From Acidobacteriota bacterium (lineage in GTDB: Bacteria > Acidobacteriota > Polarisedimenticolia > Gp22-AA2), in contig JAGYID010000031.1 in assembly GCA_018606725.1 (NCBI GenBank), positions 1 to 62,724 of the forward strand: a stretch of DNA of 62,724 bases. Reading direction: 5' to 3'. A model generated the notes under the pieces. The model searched no databases. It was given only the letters and a program-made list of their open reading frames with translations, and was not told where the DNA came from. Position 1 is the first letter of the stretch. The number at the start of each line of letters is the position of its first letter. Below, piece after piece: positions 35,883-45,984 of this stretch. The position numbers and the translations under genes are program-made.

Positions 35883-36793
35883 CGGATCACCTCTTCCTCG
35901 AGCCGGACCCCGGTCTTCCTGAAGACCTCGTCGCGGACCTGGTCGATGAGCGCCGCGACGTCATCGGCGCTCGCATCGCCGCGATTGATGATGAAATTGG
36001 CGTGCACCTCCGACACCGACGCGCCGCCGACGGCGCGCTGCTTCAGGCCGCAGGCGTCGATCAGCCGGCCGGCGTGATCGCCGGGCGGGTTCTTGAAGAT
36101 GCAGCCGGCGTTGCGCGCCCCGGCGGGCTGGGTGCGGACGCGGTGGCCATGGTATTCGCGCAGGCGATCCTTGATCCGCCCCGGGTCGTCGGGCGTCAGG
36201 CGCAGCGTCGCCGCCGCGACGAAGCGGTCGCCGACGCCCGGGCTCGACCGGTACGCGAAGGTGGAGCGGTCGGGGCGCAGTTCTTCGACCCGGCCGTCGC
36301 ACCCGACCAGCGTCAGACCGGCGACCGCCTGGCCGAACGCCCCCTCGTGCCAGCCGGCGTTCATCCGCACGCAGCCGCCGACGCTGCCGGGGATCCCCTC
36401 GGCGAATTCGAGACCGGAGAGACCGGCGGCGGCGAGGCGCTTGACCAGCTTGGGCACGGAGTACCCGGCGCCGACGCGCGCCGCGGCGCCCTCGATGACC
36501 GGCTCGGCGTCGAACCCCTCCGACGACACGACGACGAACGACGGCCCGGCGTCGGCCACCAGCAGATTCGAGCCGGCGCCCAGGAACTCGAACGGCACGG
36601 CGGCGGCGGTGAAGCGGCCGAGGACGACGGCGAGCTCCTGCGCGTCGTCCGGCGCGACGAGGAGGCGCGCCGGACCGCCGATCCCGAGGTAGGTCCGCTC
36701 GCGCAGCGGCACGTCGCGCAGCACGCGCAGCCGGCTGGCGCGGAGAATGGCCTCCGCCTCGTCGATCCACGAACGCCCGGCCGCTAACAGCAT
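35873..36793 (-). CDS. murB: UDP-N-acetylenolpyruvoylglucosamine reductase
   Basis: FAD-binding block LGAGSNLLV, plus the C-terminal GGASVSEVHANFIIN block. Confidence 0.93.
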   Translation of the reverse strand: MLLAAGRSWIDEAEAILRASRLRVLRDVPLRERTYLGIGGPARLLVAPDDAQELAVVLGRFTAAAVPFEFLGAGSNLLVADAGPSFVVVSSEGFDAEPVIEGAAARVGAGYSVPKLVKRLAAAGLSGLEFAEGIPGSVGGCVRMNAGWHEGAFGQAVAGLTLVGCDGRVEELRPDRSTFAYRSSPGVGDRFVAAATLRLTPDDPGRIKDRLREYHGHRVRTQPAGARNAGCIFKNPPGDHAGRLIDACGLKQRAVGGASVSEVHANFIINRGDASADDVAALIDQVRDEVFRKTGVRLEEEVIRWR

Positions 36794-36824
36794 CGTCCGC
36801 CCGGCTCCGCCGCCACCGTTCTCC

Positions 36825-38201
36825 TCATCCCTTCAGCCGCTTCAGGAACTCGTCGCCGGCCCGGTAAACGCTGCCGGCCCCGAGGGTGATGATCATGTCG
36901 CCCTCCCGGGCCCTCTCGAGAAGCCAGGCGGGGACGTCGTTGAGATCCTTGATCAGCGTCGTGTCCTTGTGGCCGTGCTCCTCGATGGCGCGCGTCATGG
37001 CTTCGCAGGTCACCCCCGGGATCGGCGTCTCGCCGGCGGGGTAGATGTCGGTGACCGCCAGCACGTCGGCGTCGTAGAAGGCGCGCGCGAACTCGGTGAG
37101 CAGCGCCTGCACCCGCGAATAGCGATGCGGCTGGAATACCACCACGGTGCGCCGTCCCCAGCCCTTCTTGGCGGCGGCCAGGGTCGCCTGGATCTCCACC
37201 GGGTGATGACCGTAGTCGTCGATGACCATGATGCCGCGCGCTTCGCCCTTGAGCTGGAAGCGGCGATCGGCGCCGTGAAAGCGGGCCAGCTCGGCGGCGA
37301 CGGTGGCGTACGGGATTTCCAGATCGAGACCGACGGAGATGGCGGCGAGGGCATTGGCGACGCTGTGGCGCCCCGGCACCGACAGGGTGACCCGCCCGAG
37401 CTTTCTCCCCTGGAGCAGGACGTCGAAGGCGGCGCGGAATTCCTTGAGCTCGACGGCGGATGCCGACAGGTCGGCCTGCGCCGAGAAGCCGTAGGTCACG
37501 ACCCGGCGCGTCAGGCGCGGCAGGATCTGCTGGATGCGCGGCTCGTCCAGACAGACGATGCCGACGCCGTAGAACGGCACCTGGTTGAGGAAGTCCGCGA
37601 AGGCGTCCTGCAGCCGCTCGATGGTGCCGTAGTGATCGAGGTGCTCGGGGTCGATGTTGGTGACCACGGCGATGGTCGGGGTCAGCCGCAGGAACGAGCC
37701 GTCGCTCTCGTCCGCCTCCGCGACCAGCAGATCGCCGCCCCCCAGCTTGGCGTTGCCGCCGAGCACCCCGAGGCGCCCGCCGATGATGATCGTCGGATCG
37801 AGCCCGGCCCCGGACAGGACCTGCGCCACCATCGAGGTGGTGGTCGTCTTGCCGTGCGAGCCGGCGATGGCGATGCCGTACTTGATGCGCATCAGCTCGG
37901 CGAGCATCTCGGCCCGCGGGATCACCGGGATCTGCCGGCGACGCGCCTCGAGCACCTCGGGGTTGTCGGGGCGGACGGCCGACGAGACGACGACCACGTC
38001 GCAGTCGCCGACGTTCTCCGGCCGGTGACCGCGCGCCACCCGGCCGCCGAGCGACCGCAGCCGCTGCACGGTGGCGCCCTCCTCGAGGTCCGAGCCGGTG
38101 ACCTCGTAGCCGAGGTTGATCAGCACCTCGGCGATGCCGCTCATGCCGATCCCGCCGATGCCGACGAAGTGGATGCGCCGGGTCTTGCGCAGCATCACCA
38201 T
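36825..38201 (-). CDS. murC: UDP-N-acetylmuramate--L-alanine ligase
   Basis: [14 protein letters not shown] and [10 protein letters not shown] Mur-ligase motifs. Confidence 0.95.
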   Translation of the reverse strand: MVMLRKTRRIHFVGIGGIGMSGIAEVLINLGYEVTGSDLEEGATVQRLRSLGGRVARGHRPENVGDCDVVVVSSAVRPDNPEVLEARRRQIPVIPRAEMLAELMRIKYGIAIAGSHGKTTTTSMVAQVLSGAGLDPTIIIGGRLGVLGGNAKLGGGDLLVAEADESDGSFLRLTPTIAVVTNIDPEHLDHYGTIERLQDAFADFLNQVPFYGVGIVCLDEPRIQQILPRLTRRVVTYGFSAQADLSASAVELKEFRAAFDVLLQGRKLGRVTLSVPGRHSVANALAAISVGLDLEIPYATVAAELARFHGADRRFQLKGEARGIMVIDDYGHHPVEIQATLAAAKKGWGRRTVVVFQPHRYSRVQALLTEFARAFYDADVLAVTDIYPAGETPIPGVTCEAMTRAIEEHGHKDTTLIKDLNDVPAWLLERAREGDMIITLGAGSVYRAGDEFLKRLKG

Positions 38202-39274
38202 GCGCAGAGCTCCTCGACCATGTCGGCGATCCGGGCGGCGGCCTCCGGGCGGGCCAGCGCCGTCGCGGCCCGCTCCATCCCCAGGAGTCCCTCCCGGTCG
38301 TCGCGCAGCGCCAGGATGGTCTTCGCCATGCTCTCCCCGGTCAGGTCCGCTTCCTCGAGCACGATCGCGGCCCCGGCCTCCGCCATCTTGCGGGCGTTCC
38401 AGCGCTGGTGGTCGTGCGCGGCGCGCGGCAGCGGCACCAGGATCGAGGCCTTGCCGCAGGCGGCGATCTCCGACACGCTCGAAGCGCCGGCCCGGGCGAT
38501 CACCAGGTCGGCCTGATCATAGGCCTCGCGGATGGCGGTGATGTAAGGCAGCACGGTCGCCTCGAAACCCGCCGCTGCGTAAGCCGCCATCACCCGGGCC
38601 AGGTCGGCCGTGCCCGTGCCGTGCGTGAAACGCAGGCCCAGGCGCTGCTCCTGCATGCGCGGCAGCGCCTGGACGATGGCATTGTTGAGCGGTCGCGCCC
38701 CCTGGCTGCCGCCGAAGATCAGGACGCCGAACGCGTCGGCGCGCGCCTTGCGGCGCGCGCCGGCGAACTCGGCGCGGATCGGATTGCCGGTCACTTCACC
38801 CCGCCCCCTGAAATATTGCCGCGTCTCCTCGAACGAGATCGCCACCCGCCGGACCCATGGCGCCAGCAGACGGTTGGTCAGCCCCGGGTAATAGTTCTGC
38901 TCGTGGATCAGCGTCGGCACCCGCAGCAGGACCGCCGCCATCACCATCGGACCCGACGCATAGCCGCCGACGCCGATCACCGCCTTCGGCCGCAGCCGCA
39001 GCAGGGCCCGGATCGCCTGCAGCAGCCCGTGCGTGGCCCGGAAACCGCCCCGCAGGCGCGCCCCGATCGACTTGCCGACGATGCCGCCGCTCCGGATCGG
39101 CAGCTGGTTGAGCCCGTGCCGACCCAGGATGTCCGCCTCCAGCGGCGTCCCGGAGCAGGCGAAGTCGATCGCCAGCCCCGGCCGTCGCCGCCGCAGCTCT
39201 TCGGCGACCGCGATGCCGGGGTAGAGATGCCCGCCGGTCCCCCCGCCGGCGATGATGATCCGCTCGATCGCCAG
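38195..39274 (-). CDS. murG: UDP-GlcNAc:lipid I GlcNAc transferase MurG (apparent CTG start)
   Basis: The reading frame is open from the stop at 39278-39280. The essential N-terminal G-loop [15 protein letters not shown] lies upstream of the first canonical start (GTG 38980). GGAGG lies 8 nt before the CTG at 39274. Confidence 0.9.
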   Translation of the reverse strand: MAIERIIIAGGGTGGHLYPGIAVAEELRRRRPGLAIDFACSGTPLEADILGRHGLNQLPIRSGGIVGKSIGARLRGGFRATHGLLQAIRALLRLRPKAVIGVGGYASGPMVMAAVLLRVPTLIHEQNYYPGLTNRLLAPWVRRVAISFEETRQYFRGRGEVTGNPIRAEFAGARRKARADAFGVLIFGGSQGARPLNNAIVQALPRMQEQRLGLRFTHGTGTADLARVMAAYAAAGFEATVLPYITAIREAYDQADLVIARAGASSVSEIAACGKASILVPLPRAAHDHQRWNARKMAEAGAAIVLEEADLTGESMAKTILALRDDREGLLGMERAATALARPEAAARIADMVEELCAW

Positions 39275-39313
39275 ATCTCACTCCTCCGCCACGCGTCCGC
39301 TCCCCTTCGCCTT

Positions 39314-40405
39314 CTACGATCCGTGCTGCGAGATGTTCAGCAGCACCCCCAGCGCGCACAAGTTCACCACCAGGCTCGACCCGCCGTAGCTGAGAAACGG
39401 CAGGGGGATCCCCTTGGTCGGCACCAGGCCCACGGTCACCGCGACGTTGATCGCCGCCTGCAGCACCAGCCAGAGGGTGATGCCGAAGCCCAGGTAGGCG
39501 CCGCCCCGGTCCGGTGCGTTGGCCGCCGCCACCATGCCGCGCCAGAAGAGGATTCCGAAGGCCACGATGACCGCCGCCGCGCCGATGAATCCGAGCTCCT
39601 CCGCGATGACCGAAAAGATGAAGTCGGTGTGCGGCTCCGGCAGGAAAAACAGCTTCTGGCGGCTCTCGCCGAGGCTGGTCCCGGGGATGCCGCCGCTGGC
39701 CACCGCCAGGATCGACTGGCGGACCTGGAAATTGGCCCCGAGCGGATCCTCGTCCGGATTGAGGAACGCCAGGACCCGGCGCATCCGGTACGGCGCCTGC
39801 AGGATCATCACCGCCAGGCCCAGGGCGCAGGCGCCTCCCGACATCAGAAGATATCGCCAGCGAAGCCCGGCGACGAACAGCAGAGCCACCGTCATCAAGA
39901 TGTAGAGCGTCGCCGTCCCGAGATCGGGCTGCAGATAGACCAGCAGCACCAGCTGCCCGACCACCGCGGCGCACGGCACCAGGGTGCCGGCGAGGTCGTT
40001 GACCTTGTCCTCTTTCCGGGCCAGGAACGAGGCGAGGAACAGCACCAGGGCCAGCTTGGCGATCTCCGACGGCTGGATCTGGATCGGCCCGGCGACGATC
40101 CAGCGGTGCACGGAGTGGGTCCGATCGGCGATCAGGACGGCGACCAGGAGCGTGACGCTGGCGAGCAGGCCGAACGCGACGACGGGGCGCTTCAGCAGCC
40201 GGCGGTAGTCGACGTGCATGGCGGTCGCCATGCCCGCCAGCCCGACGACGGCGGCCAGGAGCTGCTTGAGCAGGAAACGCGACGGGCTCCCGAAGCGCTC
40301 CATGGCGATCACCGCCGAGGCGGAGTAGATCATCACCAGCCCGAACAAGGTCAGGCCCACGCCCACCGCGAACAATGTCTTGTCGAATGCCAGCTTGCGC
40401 GCCAT
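39314..40405 (-). CDS. ftsW: SEDS-family peptidoglycan glycosyltransferase FtsW
   Basis: 10-TM SEDS pattern with PEPHTDFIFSVI and LPFLSYGGSS blocks. Confidence 0.93.
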   Translation of the reverse strand: MARKLAFDKTLFAVGVGLTLFGLVMIYSASAVIAMERFGSPSRFLLKQLLAAVVGLAGMATAMHVDYRRLLKRPVVAFGLLASVTLLVAVLIADRTHSVHRWIVAGPIQIQPSEIAKLALVLFLASFLARKEDKVNDLAGTLVPCAAVVGQLVLLVYLQPDLGTATLYILMTVALLFVAGLRWRYLLMSGGACALGLAVMILQAPYRMRRVLAFLNPDEDPLGANFQVRQSILAVASGGIPGTSLGESRQKLFFLPEPHTDFIFSVIAEELGFIGAAAVIVAFGILFWRGMVAAANAPDRGGAYLGFGITLWLVLQAAINVAVTVGLVPTKGIPLPFLSYGGSSLVVNLCALGVLLNISQHGS

Positions 40406-40438
40406 TCCCGATCTCCGTCTCCCTTCGCCGCGGCCCGC

Positions 40439-41830
40439 TCAGGCGGGCAGGGCATTCACCAGCCGCCGGAAATCCTCGCCGCGCGCCTCGAAACCGGTGT
40501 ACTGGTCGAACGAGGCGCAGGCGGGCGCCAGCAGCACGACGCCTCCGGCCGGGGCGACCTGACGCGCCGCCTCGACCGCCTCCTGCATGGTCACCACCCT
40601 GGTGGTCGGCGCGATCGGCCCGACCTGCGTGGCGATCGCGTCGCGCGCCGCCCCCATCAGGATCAGATGGACGACGCGCTCGCGGATGAGCGGCCGGAGC
40701 TCGCCGAAATCCCCCCCCTTGTCCTTGCCCCCCAGGATCAGCACGACCCGGCCGGGGAAGCTCAGGAGCGACTTGACCGTCGCCCCGACGTTGGTCGCCT
40801 TGGAGTCGTTGAACCAGGCGACGCCGCCCAGCTCGCGCACCTTCTCGAGGCGGTGCGGCAGGCCGCGGAAGGCGGCGAGGCCCTTCTCGGCCTTCGGCAG
40901 CGGCACGCCGCACAGATCGGCGATCAGCAGCGAGGTCATGACGTTCTCGAGGTTGTGCGTCCCGAACAGCGGCACGGCCGACAGCGGAATGGCGCGGATC
41001 TCGCGGCCCTGGCGGCGCACCGCGATGGCGTCGCCCTTCAGGCAGGCCCCCTCCGGCAGGTCGAGCGCCCGGCTGAATGGATGGAGGCGCGACTTGAGCG
41101 CCGCGGCCATCGCCCACGCCTCCGGGTCGTCGCGGTTGACGATGGCGTGGTCCGCCGCCCCCTGGTTCATGAAGATGCGGCTCTTGGCCCGGTAATAGTC
41201 GAGCGGCGCGGCGTAGCGGTCCTGGTGGTCCGGGGTGAGGTTCAGGAGCGCCGCGATCCACGGTCGCAGCGTCTGGATCCCCTCGAGCTGGAACGACGAC
41301 AGCTCGACGACGTAGTAATGGTCGGGCGCGTCGCGCGCGATGAAGTCGGTCAGCGGCGTGCCGATGTTGCCGCAGGCGGCCGCCTTCAGGCCGGCGTGCG
41401 CAAGGAGATACGCGGCCAGGGCCGTGGTCGTGCTCTTGCCGTTCGTCCCGGTGATGCCGATCACGATCCCCTTCAGGAACCACGAGGCGAGCTCCACCTC
41501 GGCGACGATCCGGATCCCCTTGCGACGCGCCTCCTCGAGCGGCGCGATGCCCATCGGCACACCCGGGCTGACCGCGATCAAATCGGCTCCGATGAAAGTC
41601 CCGGGACGATGCCCGCCGAGCTCCAGGACGGCCCCCTCGCGTCCCAATCCCTCGACGTCCGGGCCGAGGGCCACCGCCGGCTGAGCGTCGGTCATGACCA
41701 CCGAGGCGCCGCGCGACAGCAGGAAGCGCGCCAGCGACTGACCGCTCCGGCCGGCCCCGACCACGACGACGCGCGCGCCCGCCAGCTTCGGAGGGTTGGC
41801 GCGGGCATGCTCGAATGTCGACATCATCAC
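40439..41830 (-). CDS. murD: UDP-N-acetylmuramoylalanine--D-glutamate ligase
   Basis: GAGRSG Rossmann N-terminus, GITGTNGKSTT P-loop and dcw cluster position. Confidence 0.95.
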   Translation of the reverse strand: MMMSTFEHARANPPKLAGARVVVVGAGRSGQSLARFLLSRGASVVMTDAQPAVALGPDVEGLGREGAVLELGGHRPGTFIGADLIAVSPGVPMGIAPLEEARRKGIRIVAEVELASWFLKGIVIGITGTNGKSTTTALAAYLLAHAGLKAAACGNIGTPLTDFIARDAPDHYYVVELSSFQLEGIQTLRPWIAALLNLTPDHQDRYAAPLDYYRAKSRIFMNQGAADHAIVNRDDPEAWAMAAALKSRLHPFSRALDLPEGACLKGDAIAVRRQGREIRAIPLSAVPLFGTHNLENVMTSLLIADLCGVPLPKAEKGLAAFRGLPHRLEKVRELGGVAWFNDSKATNVGATVKSLLSFPGRVVLILGGKDKGGDFGELRPLIRERVVHLILMGAARDAIATQVGPIAPTTRVVTMQEAVEAARQVAPAGGVVLLAPACASFDQYTGFEARGEDFRRLVNALPA

Positions 41831-41840
41831 CGGACCGCTC

Positions 41841-42926
41841 TCAGCGCAGCTTGAGCGTCGACAGCCCCATGAGCGAGAAGATCAGCGCCACGATCCAGAA
41901 GCGGATCACCACCTTCTGCTCGGGCCAGCCCGACAATTCGAAATGATGGTGGATCGGCGCCATCCGGAAGATCCGCTTGCCGCGCAGCCGGAAACTGCCG
42001 ACCTGCAGGATCACCGAGGCCGCCTCGATCACGAACAGGCCGCCGACGAACACCAGCAGGATCTCCTGCTTGATCGTCAGCGCCACCGTGCCCAGCGCTC
42101 CGCCGAGGGCCATCGAGCCGACGTCCCCCATGAACACCTGGGCCGGGTTGCAGTTGAACCACAGGAAGCCGAGCGAGGCGCCGACCAGCGCCCCGCAGAT
42201 GACCGCCAGCTCGCCGCTGCCGCGGACGAACGGCACATCGAGGTAGCCCGCCACCTTGGCGTGGCCGGCGATGTAGGCGAGGATGGCGTAGGTGCCGCAG
42301 GCGATCAGCGAGCAACCGATCGCCAGCCCGTCCAGGCCGTCGGTCAGGTTGACGGCGTTCGCCGACCCGACCACGACCAGCATCACCCACAGCACGTAGA
42401 ACGTTCCCAGGAACGGCGTCCAGTGTTTGAAGAACGGAAAGCTGAGCAGCGTCGAGAACCGCCCGTGGCTCGCCAGCCACAGCAGGACCAGCCCGATGGC
42501 GAACGCCAGCGTCCACTGCGCGACGAGCTTTTGGCGGGCGGTCAGCCCGAGGGACCTCTTTCTCGCGATCTTGAAGTAGTCATCGGTGAAGCCGATGACG
42601 CCGTGGAGGAGCATGGACGAGAGGACGATCCACACGAACGGATTCGTGAGGTCGGCCCAGAGGAGGGAGGGGAGCGCCACCGCGATCAGGATCAGGAGCC
42701 CCCCCATGGTGGGTGTGCCCTTCTTGGTCTGGTGAGATTGAGGTCCCTCGGGTCTGATTTGCTGCCCAATCTGAATCTCCCGCAGCCGCCGGATGAGACC
42801 GGGGCCGAGGGCCAGGCTGATGAGAAGCGCCGTCAGGGTGGCGAGCGCCGCCCGGAAGGTGATGTAGCGAAAGACGTTGAGGACTTTGACCGACTCATGC
42901 AGGGGGAAGAGGAGGTGATACAGCAT
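41841..42926 (-). CDS. mraY: phospho-N-acetylmuramoyl-pentapeptide transferase
   Basis: Motifs KKGTPTMGGLLIL, NAVNLTDGLDGLA and HHHFE. Confidence 0.96.
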   Translation of the reverse strand: MLYHLLFPLHESVKVLNVFRYITFRAALATLTALLISLALGPGLIRRLREIQIGQQIRPEGPQSHQTKKGTPTMGGLLILIAVALPSLLWADLTNPFVWIVLSSMLLHGVIGFTDDYFKIARKRSLGLTARQKLVAQWTLAFAIGLVLLWLASHGRFSTLLSFPFFKHWTPFLGTFYVLWVMLVVVGSANAVNLTDGLDGLAIGCSLIACGTYAILAYIAGHAKVAGYLDVPFVRGSGELAVICGALVGASLGFLWFNCNPAQVFMGDVGSMALGGALGTVALTIKQEILLVFVGGLFVIEAASVILQVGSFRLRGKRIFRMAPIHHHFELSGWPEQKVVIRFWIVALIFSLMGLSTLKLR

Positions 42927-44395
42927 CAGCGCCCCCCGCCGGCGCTCTGGCCGGCGGCGTGTCCGCCGCCTTGGTGGGCGTCGAGCACCGCCTGGACGAC
43001 TTTCTCCATCTTCATGCCGCGCGAGCCTTTGACCAGCAGGAGATCGCCCGGGCGCGCCTGGGCGGCGACGAACGGCGCGGCCGCGCCTGAGTCGGGGAAG
43101 TGGTGCGTGCCGGAAAGCCCCTTGCGCCGCGCCGTCTCGGCGGCGGCGGCCGCGAGCGTCCCGACGGCGATGAACAGGTCGAGCCCGGCGGCGGCCGCCT
43201 GCTCGCCCAGACGGGCGTGGGCCCGCTTGCCGTACGGCCCGAGCTCGAGCATGTCGCCGGCCACGAGGATCCGCCGCTGCGCCGTGGCGCCGCGCAGCAT
43301 GTCGATGGCCCGCTCCATCGCCGCCGGGTTGCTGTTGTAGGAATCGTCGAGGAGCAGCACACCGTCCGGCAGGCGTTGCAGCGTGCCGCGCATCGCCACC
43401 GGGCGGACGCTCTCGAGACCGCGCCGGATCGTCTCGGCCCGCAGCCCGAGCGCGAACCCGACCGCGGCGGCCGCCAGGGCATTGTCGATGTTGTGCCGGC
43501 CCGGCAGCTCCAGATGGATGGCGGCGCGGTCGTCATCGTGGCGCAGGACGAAGCGCGAGCCGACCGGGTCGAGGAGCTCGATCGCCTCGGCCCGCACCGC
43601 GGCGCTCTTCGAAGTCACGCCGTACGCGAGCGACGGACCCTTGAAGGCGCGCCCGAGCCGGGTCGTCAGCCGGTCGTCGGCGTTGTACACGGCGACGGCG
43701 TCCCGGCGCAGGCCGCGGAACAGCTCGCCCTTGGCCCGGGCGATGTCCTCGAGGCTCTTGAAGTGCTCGAGATGGACGCGCAGGACGTTGAGGATGACAC
43801 CGACGTCGGGGTCGGCGATCTCCGCCAGGCGGGCGATCTCGCCGTGGTAGCTCATCCCCATCTCCAGCACCGCGGCTTCGTGCGCGGGTTCGAGGCGCAG
43901 CAACTGGAGCGGCAGCCCCCAGGTATTGTTCAGGTTCCCCTCCGACTTCAGAGTGCGGTAGCGCTGCTCCAGCACGGCGGCGGTCAGCTCCTTGGCGGTC
44001 GTCTTGCCGGCACTGCCGGTGATGCCGATCACCTTGAGCGGCTGCCGGCGGCGGACATGCGCGCCCAACTCTTGAAGACCGGCGGTCGTGTCCTTGACCC
44101 GCAACAGCAACGGGGCCCCGGGGAAGCGCCCGGGCGGCCGCGCCACCACGGCCGCCGCGGCCCCCTTGCGGAAGGCCTCGGCGACGAAGTCGTGCCCGTC
44201 GAGCCGCGGCCCGACGATGGCGAAGAACAGCGCGCCCTCGCCCACCGTCCGCGAGTCGATCGAGTACGAGTCGACTTCATGCAACGCCCCTCCCTCGGGC
44301 GGCTTCGGCCCGGTGATCAGCTCGCCCCGCACCGCCGCGGCGATCTCCTTGAGGCTCAGCCTGGCCAAAGTGATGCCTCCCGCCGCCCGGCCCAT
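42926..44395 (-). CDS. murF: UDP-N-acetylmuramoyl-tripeptide--D-alanyl-D-alanine ligase
   Basis: GITGSAGKTTAKE P-loop and Mur-ligase middle and C-terminal domains. Its stop overlaps the mraY start (TGATG). Confidence 0.93.
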   Translation of the reverse strand: MGRAAGGITLARLSLKEIAAAVRGELITGPKPPEGGALHEVDSYSIDSRTVGEGALFFAIVGPRLDGHDFVAEAFRKGAAAAVVARPPGRFPGAPLLLRVKDTTAGLQELGAHVRRRQPLKVIGITGSAGKTTAKELTAAVLEQRYRTLKSEGNLNNTWGLPLQLLRLEPAHEAAVLEMGMSYHGEIARLAEIADPDVGVILNVLRVHLEHFKSLEDIARAKGELFRGLRRDAVAVYNADDRLTTRLGRAFKGPSLAYGVTSKSAAVRAEAIELLDPVGSRFVLRHDDDRAAIHLELPGRHNIDNALAAAAVGFALGLRAETIRRGLESVRPVAMRGTLQRLPDGVLLLDDSYNSNPAAMERAIDMLRGATAQRRILVAGDMLELGPYGKRAHARLGEQAAAAGLDLFIAVGTLAAAAAETARRKGLSGTHHFPDSGAAAPFVAAQARPGDLLLVKGSRGMKMEKVVQAVLDAHQGGGHAAGQSAGGGR

Positions 44396-44410
44396 GACCC
44401 GGACAGGCTC

Positions 44411-45952
44411 CTAACGCGCCGCCCGGTGATGACGTCCGCGCGCCGCGGCGCGCAGGACGTCGCGCGCCGCCTCGCGGTCGTCGAACGGCACGGTCCGGTC
44501 GCGCAGGATCTGGTACGTCTCGTGCCCCTTGCCGGCGATCACCACGCAGTCGCCGTCGGCCGCGAGCGCCATCGCCCGCCGGATCGCCTCCTTGCGATCG
44601 GCGATGACCAGACAGCGGGCGGGGTCGACCTCCTGCCCGGGGGCCACGCCGAGCGCGTCGCGCACGCCGGGGAGGATCTCCCGGATGATCGCCTCGGGGT
44701 CCTCGCTGCGGGGATTGTCGGACGTCACGATCACCAGATCGCTGCCGCGCGCCGCGGCGTATCCCATCTTGGGTCGCTTGGCCCGGTCGCGATCGCCGCC
44801 GCAGCCGAACACCGTCAGGATCCGGCGCGGCTTCAGATCGCGCACCGCGGCGAGCAGGTTCGCGAGCGCATCGTCGGTATGGGCGTAGTCGACCAGCACC
44901 GTGAATGGCTGGCCGGCCTCGACCCGCTCGAATCGGCCGACCACACCCGGCACCGCCTGCAGGCCGGCGACGATGGCCCGCCCCGGCAGACCGAGCGCCA
45001 GCGTCGCGGCCGCGGCGGCCGTCAGGTTCAGGGCGTTGGGCCGACCCAAGAGCGGCGAATCGATCCGAAGGCGGGCCGCCGCGGTGCCGGGGCCGCCGAC
45101 GCCGGCAGCAATTTCGAGCTCGCAGGCCGTGCCCCGGGTCGAGGTCTGCATCGACGCCAGGCGGACATCGGCGCCGGGCGCCGCCCCCCAGGTGACCACC
45201 CGGGCCGAGGTCGCGGCCCGCAGGCGCGTCGCGGCGGCATCGTCGGCGTTCAGGATTGCCACGCCGTCGCCCGGGAGGGAGGCGAACAGCATCGCCTTGG
45301 CCTCCAGGTAGGCCTCCATCGTGACGTGGAAGTCGAGATGGTCCTGGGTCAGGTTGGTGAACACCGCGGCCCGGAAGCGCAAGCCGGCGACCCGTCGCAG
45401 CGCCAGGGAGTGCGACGACACCTCCATGGCGCACGACCGCGCGCCGGAGGTGGCGAAGCGGTCGAGCAGGCGGTAGAGGTCGAGCGATTCGGGCGTCGTC
45501 CGGTCGGCCTTCATCTCCTCGCGCTGGTCGCGGTACAGGACGGTGCCGATGAGGCACGGCTTCATGCCCGCCTCGCGCAGCACCGACTCGATCAGGAAGC
45601 AGGTCGTGGTCTTGCCGTTGGTGCCGGTCACGCCGACCATCAGGAGGTTTTCGTCGGGGCGGCCGTAATAGTTGCGCGCCGCCAGGGCCAGACCGAGCCG
45701 ATCGTCCTCCACCTGCGCCCAGGCCACCGTGGCGCGCGGCCGCGGCGGGCGGGCCGACAGCACGGCGGAGGCGCCCCGGCCGATCGCCTGGTCGACGAAA
45801 TCGTTGCCGTCGCGTTTCGTGCCGCGCAGGGCCGCGAACAGGTCGCCGGGCTCGACCCGGCCGGAGTCGTAGGACAGGCCGCGGACGCCGGTCGCCGGGT
45901 CGCCGGTCAACCGCACATTCGGGATGTCTGCCAGCACCTGCCAGAGTTGCAT
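44411..45952 (-). CDS. murE: UDP-N-acetylmuramoyl-L-alanyl-D-glutamate--2,6-diaminopimelate ligase
   Basis: GVTGTNGKTTT P-loop and DNPR motif (SDNPRSEDP). Confidence 0.95.
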   Translation of the reverse strand: MQLWQVLADIPNVRLTGDPATGVRGLSYDSGRVEPGDLFAALRGTKRDGNDFVDQAIGRGASAVLSARPPRPRATVAWAQVEDDRLGLALAARNYYGRPDENLLMVGVTGTNGKTTTCFLIESVLREAGMKPCLIGTVLYRDQREEMKADRTTPESLDLYRLLDRFATSGARSCAMEVSSHSLALRRVAGLRFRAAVFTNLTQDHLDFHVTMEAYLEAKAMLFASLPGDGVAILNADDAAATRLRAATSARVVTWGAAPGADVRLASMQTSTRGTACELEIAAGVGGPGTAAARLRIDSPLLGRPNALNLTAAAAATLALGLPGRAIVAGLQAVPGVVGRFERVEAGQPFTVLVDYAHTDDALANLLAAVRDLKPRRILTVFGCGGDRDRAKRPKMGYAAARGSDLVIVTSDNPRSEDPEAIIREILPGVRDALGVAPGQEVDPARCLVIADRKEAIRRAMALAADGDCVVIAGKGHETYQILRDRTVPFDDREAARDVLRAAARGRHHRAAR

Positions 45953-45984
45953 GCCGCTCTCCGTCGCTTCGATCGACGACCGCT

